DNA of 64,000 nt from positions 44,680 through 108,679 of the forward strand of contig JANPEF010000106.1 in NCBI GenBank assembly GCA_031431875.1, written 5' to 3'. The DNA comes from Candidatus Eiseniibacteriota bacterium (GTDB lineage: Bacteria; Eisenbacteria; RBG-16-71-46; DASYSL01). The position numbers and the translations under genes were made by a program. Below the pieces are notes generated by a model. It did no database searches and was not told the DNA's origin. It saw nothing but the letters and a program-made list of their open reading frames with translations. Of this stretch, positions 11,929-21,285 are shown piece by piece (positions within the stretch are counted from its first letter, which is position 1; each line of letters begins with the position of its first letter).

Positions 11929-12602
11929 AACCGCGACGCCCGCCCGGCGACGACGGTGCCTACGTCGTCGGCGTGACCGGCGGCGTGGCCAGCGGCAAGA
12001 CCACGTTCGTCGACGAGCTGGCGCGCGGCGGCAGCGCCCGGGTGATCGACGCCGACCGCCTGGGCCACGCGATCCTGCGCCGCAGCGACGTCGCCAGAGC
12101 GCTCGCCGTCGCCTTCGGCGACGACGTGCTCGACTCTTCGGGTGCGGTTCGCCGCGACGTGCTCGGCCCGCGCGCGTTCGTTACGCCCGAAGCGCTGGCT
12201 CGGCTGAACGCGATCGTGCACCCGCCGCTGCTCGTCGAGCTGGACCGGATTCTGGCCGCCTACGCGGGCTCGACGTACCGCGGCCTCGTCATCCTCGATG
12301 CCGCGCTGCTCGTCGAGTGGGACGCCGGCGACCGCTGTGACGAAGTGGTCGCCGTGATCGCTTCGCCCGCGACCCAGGTTTTCCGGCTCCTGCACGATCG
12401 CGGGCGCAGTGGGGACGAGGCGCGGGCGATCGTCGAGCGGCAGCTGCCCGCGGCTGTTCGCGCGGCCTACGCCGACGTCGTGATCGAGAACGACGGGACG
12501 CGCGCGGAGTTCCTGGCAAAGGCGCGCGCGGTGGCGGGGGAGATCCGGGAGCGAGCGGGGGCTGGCCGCCCCGCCCCGGGATCGGCTAAGGTGCAGCCAT
12601 GA
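11925..12602 (+). CDS. coaE: Dephospho-CoA kinase
   Basis: GVTGGVASGKTT, IDAD, LNAIVHP, ADVVIEN. Confidence 0.92.
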   Translation: MKPRRPPGDDGAYVVGVTGGVASGKTTFVDELARGGSARVIDADRLGHAILRRSDVARALAVAFGDDVLDSSGAVRRDVLGPRAFVTPEALARLNAIVHPPLLVELDRILAAYAGSTYRGLVILDAALLVEWDAGDRCDEVVAVIASPATQVFRLLHDRGRSGDEARAIVERQLPAAVRAAYADVVIENDGTRAEFLAKARAVAGEIRERAGAGRPAPGSAKVQP

Positions 12603-13709
12603 ACGAGACACTCCAACCGCAGGAACTCGAAAAGCGCCTCGAGAAGCTCGGCGCCACGTTGGACCAGCTCCGGGGGTATCTTTGACCTTCCCGCGCGCCG
12701 GGAAGAGGTCGCCCGCCTCGAAGTGAAGATGGCCGAGAACGGTTTCTGGGATCGGCCCGAGGACGCCCGCAAGGTCATCGGCCAGCTGAAGATCGCGCGT
12801 CACGTGGTCGTCGGCTTCGACAGCCCGGCGAAGACCTACACCGATCTCCAGGAACTCTACGAAATGGCCCGCGACGAGGCCGACGCCGCGACGATCGAGG
12901 CGGTCGCCCGCGACCTCGGAGCGCTCGAGGTGCGCGTTCACGACTTCGAACTCGAGAGCCTGCTCGCCGGCGACAACGATCACCTCGGTGCGGTCGTCAC
13001 CATCCACCCGGGCGCCGGTGGCACCGAGTCGCAGGACTGGGCGGAGATGCTGTACCGCATGTACACGCGCTACTGCGAGCGCCGCGGCTGGCCGGCGGCA
13101 GTGCTCGACCTGCAACCCGGCGAGGAAGCCGGGCTCAAGGACGCGTCGTTCGAGGTGGACACCGAGTATGCGTTCGGCTTTCTCAAGGCCGAGACCGGCG
13201 TGCATCGCCTCGTGCGCATCTCGCCGTTCGATGCAGCGAAGCGGCGCCAGACCTCGTTCGCCTCGGTGCACGTCACGCCGCTCATCGACGACACGATCGT
13301 GGTCGACATCAAGGACGACGACCTGCGCATCGATACCTATCGCGCCTCGGGCGCCGGCGGTCAGCACGTCAACAAGACCGAGTCGGCAGTGCGCATCACG
13401 CACATCCCGACCAGCATCGTCGCCCAGTCGCAGGCCGAGCGCAGCCAGCACAAGAACCGGGAATCCGCGATGAAGATGCTCAAGTCAAGGCTCTACACGC
13501 ACTTCCAGGCGATCGAGAAGGCGCGCCAGGCGGGCCTCACCGAGCCCAAGAAGGACATCAACTTCGGCAGCCAGATCCGCTCGTACGTGCTCCAGCCGTA
13601 CACGATGGTCAAGGACCTGCGCACGAGCGCCGAGACCTCGGACGTCAGTCGCGTCCTCGACGGCGACATCGACCTGTTCATCGACGCGTTCCTGCGTCAC
13701 AAGGAGTAG
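12599..13709 (+). CDS. prfB: Peptide chain release factor 2 (programmed +1 frameshift; join about 12599-12682, 12684-13709)
   Basis: ATG at 12599, short first frame ending CTT TGA C; second frame has SPF and GGQ motifs. Confidence 0.96.
12671..12686 (+). promoter_or_regulatory. RF2 autoregulatory +1 frameshift site
   Basis: CGGGGG TAT CTT TGA C: SD-like run, slippery CTT and in-frame TGA. Confidence 0.93.
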
Positions 13710-13713
13710 CGGC

Positions 13714-15072
13714 ATGAACCGACGCATCTTCCGCGAGTACGACGTGCGCGGTCTGCACGCGACCGATCTCACCGACGACGTGGTCACCGACCTGGGCCGC
13801 GCGTTCGGCAGCTACCTGCGCCGCAAGGGTGCGAAGACAGTCGCGCTGGGTCGCGACTTCCGGCCGTCGTCGCCGCGCCTGGCCGCCGCGCTCGAGGCGG
13901 GGATCCGCGAGGTCGGCTGCGACGTGCTGCGCGTCGGCGTGCTGCCCACGCCCGGCCTGTACTGGTCGATCGCGCACCTTTCGACCGACGCCGGTGTGCA
14001 GATCACCGGTTCGCACAATCCGTCCGAGTACAATGGCTTCAAGATGAACCTCGGTCTCGCCTCGGTCTACGGCGAGGAGATCCAGAAGCTGCTGGCGATG
14101 ATCCTCGCGCGCGATTTCGAGAAGCCCACGGCGCCGGGCACGGTGAGCGACCACCCGACCGAGGCGGCCTACATGGACATGCTCGCCTCGAAGGTGGCGC
14201 CGAAGCGCAAACTCAAGGTCGTGCTCGACGCGGGCAACGGCTGCGCCGGCCCGGTCGCGCCCGACGTATTCCGCCGTGTCGGCTGCGAGGTGGTGGAACT
14301 CTTCACCGAGCCCGACGGCACCTACCCGAATCACCAGCCGGACCCGACGGTCGAGGCGAACATGCAGGACCTGATCAAGGCCGTCCGCGAGCACAAGGCC
14401 GACTTCGGGATCGGCTACGACGGCGATGCCGACCGCGTCGGCGCGGTCGACGAGAAGGGCCGCATCGTGTGGGGCGACCAGATCCTGGCGCTGCTGTCAC
14501 GCGAGGTGCTGGCCAAGTATCCCGGCGCGCCGATCGTGTTCGACGTCAAGTGCTCGCAGGGCCTCGAGGAGGACATCCTCGCCCACGGTGGCCGCCCGAT
14601 CATGGCCCGCACCGGCCACTCGGTGATGAAGGCGCGCATGAAGGAAGAGAAGGCGCCGCTCGCCGGCGAGCTCTCGGGCCACATCTTCTACGAAGACGAC
14701 TTCTACGGCTTCGACGACGCGATCTACGTCTCGCTGCGGCTGTTGAGAATTGTCGCCGACTCGGGCAAGTCGCTGGGCACGCTGATCGACTCGGTGCCGC
14801 AATACGTGGCCACGCCCGAGATCCGCCTCGACACCGACGACGACCTCAAGTTCGGCATCGTCGACCGCGTGCGCGATCACTTCGCGAAGGACCACGAGGT
14901 GATCGCCATCGATGGCGCGCGCATCAAGTTCGGCGACGGCTGGGCGTTGGTGCGCGCCTCGAATACGCAACCCGTGCTGGTCGTGCGTTTCGAGGCGAAG
15001 ACGCAGCAGCGCCTCGACGCAATCCGCACCGAGGTGATGGACGTGCTGGCGGGTGAGGGCGTGCGCGGGTGA
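13714..15072 (+). CDS. Phosphomannomutase/phosphoglucomutase
   Basis: IFREYDVRG, TGSHNP, DGDADR, GELSGH, VRASNTQP. Confidence 0.95.
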   Translation: MNRRIFREYDVRGLHATDLTDDVVTDLGRAFGSYLRRKGAKTVALGRDFRPSSPRLAAALEAGIREVGCDVLRVGVLPTPGLYWSIAHLSTDAGVQITGSHNPSEYNGFKMNLGLASVYGEEIQKLLAMILARDFEKPTAPGTVSDHPTEAAYMDMLASKVAPKRKLKVVLDAGNGCAGPVAPDVFRRVGCEVVELFTEPDGTYPNHQPDPTVEANMQDLIKAVREHKADFGIGYDGDADRVGAVDEKGRIVWGDQILALLSREVLAKYPGAPIVFDVKCSQGLEEDILAHGGRPIMARTGHSVMKARMKEEKAPLAGELSGHIFYEDDFYGFDDAIYVSLRLLRIVADSGKSLGTLIDSVPQYVATPEIRLDTDDDLKFGIVDRVRDHFAKDHEVIAIDGARIKFGDGWALVRASNTQPVLVVRFEAKTQQRLDAIRTEVMDVLAGEGVRG

Positions 15073-15896
15073 AGCGCGCCGCCGCGACCCGTCGGACGGC
15101 GCCGCGTCCCGCGCCGGTGACCGACGTCGCGCTGTACGACGGCCTGTTCGAGCGGTGGATGGGCAAGCTCGCCGCCGACCTGCCCATGATCCTCGAGGTG
15201 GCGAAGGGCGCGAGGGGCCCCGTGCTCGAGCTGGGCGTGGGCGCCGGAAGGGTCGCGATCGAACTGGCGCGCCGCGGTCACCACGTCACCGGCGTCGACG
15301 ATTCGAAGCCGATGCTGGCCGCACTTGCCCGCCGCCTCGCCGCCGAGCCACCCGTCGTGCGCGCCCGCGTCACCGCGCTGCGCCAGGACCTGCGGCGCCT
15401 CAGGGTGCCGCGTGGGAAGTTTCGCCTGGCCCTCCTGCCGTTCAACACGTTCTGCCACTTCGAGACGATCGCCGATCAGGACAAAGTGCTCGCCGGCGCG
15501 GCGGGCGCGCTCGCGCGCGGCGGCTGGCTGTGGCTCTCGGTGTTCCGCGTCGATCCGGCCCGCCCCACGGGTGTGCTGCGCGCCGAGCCGGGGCCGCTGT
15601 CAGGCGAGGCGCCGGGGCTGCCCGGTTCGCGCACCGAGGTGTTCTTCCAGCAGGCGTTCGAGCGCGCGGCGCAGGTGACCGAGGCGCGCTTCTGGCTCGA
15701 CACGGTCGCGCCCGACGGACTGGTCCGCCGGCAGACCACGCAACTGCGCCTGCGCTGGTTCGAGCGCTACGAGTTGGAGCGCGCGCTCGCCGCGCACGGG
15801 TTCGTCGTGCGCCGGTTGTGGGGCGACTTCGACGGCGTCGACTTCGACGACACGAGCCCGCAGATCATCCTGCTCGCCCAGCGCGCGGCGCGTTGA
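15069..15896 (+). CDS. Class I SAM-dependent methyltransferase
   Basis: VLELGVGAGR motif I, GVDDSKPML, PFNTFCH, C-terminal WGDFD. Confidence 0.85.
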   Translation: MKRAAATRRTAPRPAPVTDVALYDGLFERWMGKLAADLPMILEVAKGARGPVLELGVGAGRVAIELARRGHHVTGVDDSKPMLAALARRLAAEPPVVRARVTALRQDLRRLRVPRGKFRLALLPFNTFCHFETIADQDKVLAGAAGALARGGWLWLSVFRVDPARPTGVLRAEPGPLSGEAPGLPGSRTEVFFQQAFERAAQVTEARFWLDTVAPDGLVRRQTTQLRLRWFERYELERALAAHGFVVRRLWGDFDGVDFDDTSPQIILLAQRAAR

Positions 15897-15903
15897 GCCC
15901 GCC

Positions 15904-16494
15904 GTGGCCGTCCTGTCCCGCCGCTTCTACGCCCGCCCGGCGCTCGCGGTGGCGGCCGACCTGATCGGCACCAGGCTGGTTCATCGCTCGCCGTTCGGCA
16001 CGCTCGGCGGTGTGATCGTCGAGGTCGAGGCCTACGGCGGCGCCGAGGATGCGGCGAGCCACGCGAAGAACGGGCCCACACCACGCAACCGGAGCATGTT
16101 CGGTCCTCCCGGCCACGCCTATGTCTACTTCATCTACGGGATGCACCATTGCCTGAACGTCGTCACCGGACGGGAGGGGGAGGGTGCGGCGGTTCTCCTC
16201 CGGGCGATCGCGCCGTCGCTCGGCGGGGCGCTGTGGCGTGGCCGGCGATCCGACCTCCCCGTCGGGCGCGAGGCCTCGGGTCCCGGCCGGCTCGCCCGGG
16301 CGCTCGGGCTGACCCGCGCGCACGATGGGCTCGATCTCCTCGATTCCCCGCTGATCATCCGCCCGCGGCGGGGGGAGGAACCCCCGCTCTCGAGCGGCCC
16401 ACGGATCGGGATTCGTCTCGCCCGGGAGATCCCTGGGCGGATCTGGTGGACCGGGCACCCGGCGGTCTCGCGAACCGTCTCGCGGACCGGTTGA
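15904..16494 (+). CDS. DNA-3-methyladenine glycosylase (AAG/MPG family)
   Basis: IVEVEAY, DAASH, AYVYFIYGMHHCLNVVT, GPGRL, GPRIGI. Confidence 0.93.
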   Translation: MAVLSRRFYARPALAVAADLIGTRLVHRSPFGTLGGVIVEVEAYGGAEDAASHAKNGPTPRNRSMFGPPGHAYVYFIYGMHHCLNVVTGREGEGAAVLLRAIAPSLGGALWRGRRSDLPVGREASGPGRLARALGLTRAHDGLDLLDSPLIIRPRRGEEPPLSSGPRIGIRLAREIPGRIWWTGHPAVSRTVSRTG

Positions 16495-16519
16495 CAGCCG
16501 CCGCTTCCCGACCTAGGAT
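16491..16519 (+). promoter_or_regulatory. Sigma70-type promoter upstream of the outer-membrane barrel gene
   Basis: TTGACA (16491-16496), N17, TAGGAT (16514-16519). Confidence 0.7.
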
Positions 16520-16552
16520 GCGCAGCGGTGCGCACTTGCGTGCCGACCGAGG

Positions 16553-16595
16553 CGTCCCCGGGTCTGCGACCCCGGCTCGACGCGTTTTTTGTTTT
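16553..16595 (+). terminator. Terminator-like interrupted hairpin with U tract
   Basis: GCGTC..CCGGGTC-tgc-GACCCCGG..GACGC followed by GTTTTTTGTTTT. Confidence 0.5.
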
Positions 16596-16612
16596 CCCCA
16601 AGGAGTCCATGG

Positions 16613-18202
16613 ATGAATCGTGCCGTGTTCGCGTGCGCCGCGTACCTCGCGTCCGCCGCCGCCGCGATCCTGTGCGCCGCGCCGGCGGGGGCCCAGTTCC
16701 TCGCGCCCGCGCTGGAGAAGTCGGGCTTCGATCAGCGCTTGCGGCAACCGTCGCTGCGCCTCGCCACGCTCGGTCGCGCCACACTCGCGTTCGATGACGA
16801 GAACAACGAGATCAACCAGTGGGATTTCGGCGCCTCGACCGTCGGCCTGGTGAGCGATCGCAACGGGAACTCCGTCGACCTGTATTTTGACGCCGCCGGG
16901 ACGTCGGCCGAGCGCACCGTCGGGGGGGTCCCGGGGGAAGTCGATCGCTATGACGGCTCGGTCTACGGCCTGAGTGCGGTGGCCCGCAACGGGTCGAAGT
17001 TCGCCTTCGGCCTCAGCCTTGGTTACCAGGGCCTCGGCACGGGCGTCCCGCTGCAGCCCGGCTTCTACCAGGATGAGAAGGCCGCGCTGCGCGAGGGAGT
17101 CGCCACGTTCAGCGGCCGGATGGCCGGCGGCAAGCTGGGCTGGGGCGCCCGCCTGGGCTTCGGCAACGAGACCTACGACAGCCAGAGCCGGACCCGCGGC
17201 AACGAGGACGGCGAAGCGGTGCTCTCGGGCGGTGACGTCATCGAGTCCCCCTCCGCCTTCGACCTCACCGAGGCAACGGCCAAGCGCACGTTGTTCGGCC
17301 TCGGGCTCGGCTGGATGGCCGCCTCGTGGGGTGACGTCGCGATCAACTGGGACAACCTCAAGTCGTCGATCGACGGCAGCAACGAGACGCGCAAGCGGAT
17401 CTACGAGATCGACGAGCCGCGCCGCTCCAACACGTTCTCGCTGACCACCACGCTCAAGCCGATCGACGGGCTCACCTTCGGCGGTGTCGTGGGGACCGGC
17501 GGTTTCAGCGTCGACGAGACCTATCGCTACACGCAGTCGAACGGGCAGGGGGCGACGCCGCTCGTCGCGCGAGGCGACCGTCTCGCTCGCGACGTCGAGG
17601 GCGACTTCCTGAAGACTCGCCTGGCGTTCACGCCGGGCGGCCTGCCGAATCTGCTCGTCGGTGCGGACTTCCGGGTGCTCTATCACAAGGATGCCATCAC
17701 GGCGGCGACCACGCCCGGCAGCTTCAACGAATTCCTCGCCTCGCTGAACGGGACCGGCGTCAACCCGGGAATGCCCGTGCTCGACGAGAGCCAGGAGATC
17801 CGGCACTGGGATGCCGGTGTCGGCGTCGGCTACCTGATCGCGCCGCGCCTGCGGGTGGGGGCCGAGGGCCATCGCGCCAATGACGCGCGCGACGGCACGG
17901 GCGTGCATGCGCGGACGCGCATCACCGACTTCCGCGGGGGTGTCGAGTACGGCGTCTCGAGCGAGTGGCAGGCGCGCATCGGCGGCTGGCATCGCGCGCT
18001 CGACCAGGACGTCTACACGGCGAACAACGAGGGGATCGGCGCCGCGCTGACGCTGGGTGCGGGCTATCGCCCCACGAACAGCAAGTACTCGCTCGACGGG
18101 GGCGTCGAGATCATGGATCGCACGACGGACTACCCGGATCCGGGCGATGGAACCGGCTCGGGCTTCCGCTTCGTTCTCTACAATCGCTGGTCCTTCAACT
18201 GA
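16613..18202 (+). CDS. Putative outer-membrane beta-barrel protein, unknown function
   Basis: AAGGAG RBS, signal peptide ending AGA, alternating amphipathic strands, C-terminus FRFVLYNRWSFN. Confidence 0.75.
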   Translation: MNRAVFACAAYLASAAAAILCAAPAGAQFLAPALEKSGFDQRLRQPSLRLATLGRATLAFDDENNEINQWDFGASTVGLVSDRNGNSVDLYFDAAGTSAERTVGGVPGEVDRYDGSVYGLSAVARNGSKFAFGLSLGYQGLGTGVPLQPGFYQDEKAALREGVATFSGRMAGGKLGWGARLGFGNETYDSQSRTRGNEDGEAVLSGGDVIESPSAFDLTEATAKRTLFGLGLGWMAASWGDVAINWDNLKSSIDGSNETRKRIYEIDEPRRSNTFSLTTTLKPIDGLTFGGVVGTGGFSVDETYRYTQSNGQGATPLVARGDRLARDVEGDFLKTRLAFTPGGLPNLLVGADFRVLYHKDAITAATTPGSFNEFLASLNGTGVNPGMPVLDESQEIRHWDAGVGVGYLIAPRLRVGAEGHRANDARDGTGVHARTRITDFRGGVEYGVSSEWQARIGGWHRALDQDVYTANNEGIGAALTLGAGYRPTNSKYSLDGGVEIMDRTTDYPDPGDGTGSGFRFVLYNRWSFN

Positions 18203-18311
18203 CCGGTGGCGGGTTTCCGCAAAATTCGAGGTTGACAGTCGCCGCCCGGTCGGGCACTCTATGCCTCGACCGGGCGTCGGCCTCGCGAGGCCAGCGCCCC
18301 CAACCTGTGTT

Positions 18312-18348
18312 CGGGACGTGTCGCGAGGCGACGCGTCCCGTTTCATTT
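18312..18348 (+). terminator. Intrinsic terminator candidate
   Basis: 13-bp stem CGGGACGTGTCGC-gag-GCGACGCGTCCCG (one G-U) followed by TTTCATTT. Confidence 0.6.
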
Positions 18349-18455
18349 GGGACCCTTCGACGCTCTGAACACCCACTTCCCGTCCGGGAAGGGGCGCCTA
18401 CGGAGGACCCGTCCGTGCAGCGCATGGATGGGCCAAGAGCATGAGGACAAACGGG

Positions 18456-18485
18456 TTGACTCAATCCTTGCTTGCTCCCTATAGT
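18456..18485 (+). promoter_or_regulatory. Sigma70-type promoter for the TonB-dependent receptor operon
   Basis: TTGACT (18456-18461), N18, TATAGT (18480-18485), about 70 nt before ATG 18555. Confidence 0.65.
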
Positions 18486-18554
18486 GGCGACGCCCTTCCC
18501 CGGGGCATCCCCTCGCCTGGTCGATCCGAACTCCCTCGGAGAGGTGCGCACACG

Positions 18555-21272
18555 ATGGTTCGCCAGTCTCTTCTCGGGCGCCTTCTGGGTGCCGGTCTTC
18601 TCGTCGTCGGGGCCGTCCTGGCCCTTTGGGTTGCCCCGGAGCCGGCCTTTGGCCAGGCCATGGGCACGGTCAAGGGCCGCGTCATGGAGGGCAAGCAGCC
18701 CGGCGCGTACGCCAACGTGGTCGTCCTCGGTTCCCGCCGCGGCGGCGCCACGGATGACGATGGCTACTTCACCATCCCCAACGTTCCGGTCGGCGCCTAC
18801 ACCCTCAAGGTGCAGCTCACCGGCTTCGAGCCCAAGTCGCTGGCGATCACGGTGAATGCCGGGGTCAACGACGTGGGCACGATCACCGTCGGCGGCTCGA
18901 AGGTGGTCAAGGAGATCGCGGAAGTCAGGGTCACCGCGGAGCGCATGATCGACACCAAGACCTCGTCCACCAAGCACACGGTGTCGGGCGAGTCGCTCAG
19001 TGACCTGCCGGTCGAGAACCTGCGCGAGGCGGTCGCGCTCAAGGCCGGCATCGTCGCCACCAACGGCGAGTTGCACGTGCGCGGCGGTCGCGGCGGCGAG
19101 ATCAAGCAGACCATCGACGGGATCGAAGTCTCCGATCCGTTGTTCGGCCGCAGCTCGTCGATCGCCAATCTGTCGGTCGCCGGCGCCGACGTCCTGTCGG
19201 GCGGCTTCGATGCCGAGTTCGGCAATGCCCTCTCCGGCGTGATCAACATCACCACCAAGGAGGGCGGCGACAAGTTCGGCGGCGACTTCCAGTGGCACAC
19301 CGACCGCTACGGAGAGAACTCGAAGACGTTCAACAATTACGATCGCTTCACCATCGGCCTCGGCGGTCCCATGCCGATCCGGAACCTGACGTACTTCCTC
19401 ACCTACGAGGGGGTGTGGTCCGACACCTACCTCGATGCCGGCCGGACGCGCAGCACGACGACGGTGCTCGATTTCCTCAAGTTCGGGGATCGCCAGTCGA
19501 ACGCGATCAACACCAACGCCAAGCTGGCGTGGCGGCCGACCCAGACGAAGAAGCTGACGTTCGAGGCGATCAACAACCACGCGACGACCTCGCCGTACAA
19601 CCACATGTGGAGCCGCAAGGGCTACGTGGCGGTGACCTACGACACGTCGAGCACCAGCACGGGCGGGCAGCAGCTCACCCCGCGCTACGGCAAGTGGTCG
19701 TTCTTCGAGGAAGACTCCACTTACCAGTACCAGAACCTCGCCGACAACGTGCCGACGACCGACAATCGCTTCCAGCAGCTCAAGTCGGTGTGGACGCACC
19801 AGCTCTCGGCCAAGGACATCTACACGGTGCGCCTGTCGCGGTTCATCTTCGACACCGAACAGACGGTGCAGTCGAAGGAGCCGTGGGAGTACGACACGCA
19901 GTCGCCGCAGTACTGGTCGGGCAACCTCGACTTCGATCCCTTCTACGTCACGCACGGCGATTTCCCGCGCTACTCGAAGCAGCTGACGACGACGTGGACG
20001 GCGAAGGGCGACTACACGACCCAGCGCTGGAAGGGCCACACGGTCAAGGCCGGCGTCGAGGGCGTGTACAACGAGGTCCAGCTCCTGTCGATGCAGAACC
20101 CGAACCAGGAAGCGAACGGCCTGCCGGGCCTCAACCGCTCGGACTTCACGAACTACAATCCCGAGGGTTCGGCCTTCCTGCAGGATCGCTGGGAGTACGA
20201 AGGCCTGGTGCTCAACGCCGGCCTGCGCTACGACCTGTTCACGCCGGGCCCGCAGATTCCCGATGAAGAACTGCCGAACGGGCGCTACAAGAGCCAGATC
20301 TCGCCGCGTCTCGGGGTGGCCTACCCGATCTCGGATCGCGACGTGCTGTCGTTCCACTACGGTTGGACGTTCCAGACGCCGCAGCGCAACTTCGTGTTCG
20401 AGAACCGCGGCTCCGAGTCGACCGTGGCCGTCCGCGGCAATCCGGACCTGCAGCCCGAGACCAACATCAGCTACCAGGCGGCGGTGCAGCACCTGTTCTC
20501 GAAGGACGTCTCCGGGCAGTTCGCCGTGTTCTTCAAGGACATCTTCGGGCTGATCTCGGTGCGCCAGGAAATCGATGCCGTGACCGGGCTCCAGGTGCCC
20601 GTCTACGTCAACCAGGATTACGCGTCGGCGCGCGGCTTCGAGGCGTCGTTGACCAAGCGCTTCAGCCACAAGTTCTCGGCCGAGGTGAACTACACGTACT
20701 CGATCGCGACCGGCGTCGCCTCGGATCCGAACAACGGATTGCAGTTCGCCAACGGCAACCTGCTGTACCTGCCGATCGCCGAGCAGGCGCTCGACTGGGA
20801 CCAGCGCCACACGCTGAATGCGAACCTGATCCTGCGCGACCCGGGCAAGTGGGGCGTCACCTTCCTGTGGACCTACGGATCGGGACTGCCGTACACGCCG
20901 ACGTTCCGCAACGATCGCCGTCCGGACCCCACGTACAACAACACGCGTCGACTGCCCAGCCAGTCGACGCTGTCGCTCGTGGCCGACAAGTACTTCCGCA
21001 TCTGGGGCCAGAACGTGACGTTCTTCGCCGATGCCCGCAACGTGCTCGACGCGGAGTCGATCATCAACCTGGCGCCCGACAACTCGCAGAATCCCTACAT
21101 CAACCAGGTCGGGAACGACTACGAGATCTACTACACCGAGACCGGTCGCGGCGGTGGCGCTTACCTCCGTGACACCAACGGCGACCGGGTCGAGGACTGG
21201 GTGCCGGTGAACGATCCCCGTGTCTACTCCGAGGGACGCAACGTCCGCCTCGGCGTGGGCGTGTCGTTCTGA
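18555..21272 (+). CDS. TonB-dependent receptor with N-terminal carboxypeptidase-regulatory-like domain
   Basis: GAGGTG RBS; GTVKGRV..GGATDDDGYFTI domain; plug LHVRGGR, GGFDAEFGNALSGVINITTK; GNPDLQPE; terminal VGVSF. Confidence 0.92.
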   Translation: MVRQSLLGRLLGAGLLVVGAVLALWVAPEPAFGQAMGTVKGRVMEGKQPGAYANVVVLGSRRGGATDDDGYFTIPNVPVGAYTLKVQLTGFEPKSLAITVNAGVNDVGTITVGGSKVVKEIAEVRVTAERMIDTKTSSTKHTVSGESLSDLPVENLREAVALKAGIVATNGELHVRGGRGGEIKQTIDGIEVSDPLFGRSSSIANLSVAGADVLSGGFDAEFGNALSGVINITTKEGGDKFGGDFQWHTDRYGENSKTFNNYDRFTIGLGGPMPIRNLTYFLTYEGVWSDTYLDAGRTRSTTTVLDFLKFGDRQSNAINTNAKLAWRPTQTKKLTFEAINNHATTSPYNHMWSRKGYVAVTYDTSSTSTGGQQLTPRYGKWSFFEEDSTYQYQNLADNVPTTDNRFQQLKSVWTHQLSAKDIYTVRLSRFIFDTEQTVQSKEPWEYDTQSPQYWSGNLDFDPFYVTHGDFPRYSKQLTTTWTAKGDYTTQRWKGHTVKAGVEGVYNEVQLLSMQNPNQEANGLPGLNRSDFTNYNPEGSAFLQDRWEYEGLVLNAGLRYDLFTPGPQIPDEELPNGRYKSQISPRLGVAYPISDRDVLSFHYGWTFQTPQRNFVFENRGSESTVAVRGNPDLQPETNISYQAAVQHLFSKDVSGQFAVFFKDIFGLISVRQEIDAVTGLQVPVYVNQDYASARGFEASLTKRFSHKFSAEVNYTYSIATGVASDPNNGLQFANGNLLYLPIAEQALDWDQRHTLNANLILRDPGKWGVTFLWTYGSGLPYTPTFRNDRRPDPTYNNTRRLPSQSTLSLVADKYFRIWGQNVTFFADARNVLDAESIINLAPDNSQNPYINQVGNDYEIYYTETGRGGGAYLRDTNGDRVEDWVPVNDPRVYSEGRNVRLGVGVSF

Positions 21273-21285
21273 GCGGGGCGCCGAC

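Noticed and set aside
18290..18420. Cobalamin-riboswitch-like words (GCCCCCAACCTGT, CCACT..GGGAAGG, GGAGGACCCGTCC) upstream of the TonB receptor
   Set aside because: The core GGGAA/AATCC elements are not evident and the best promoter lies downstream. An Infernal run would settle it.
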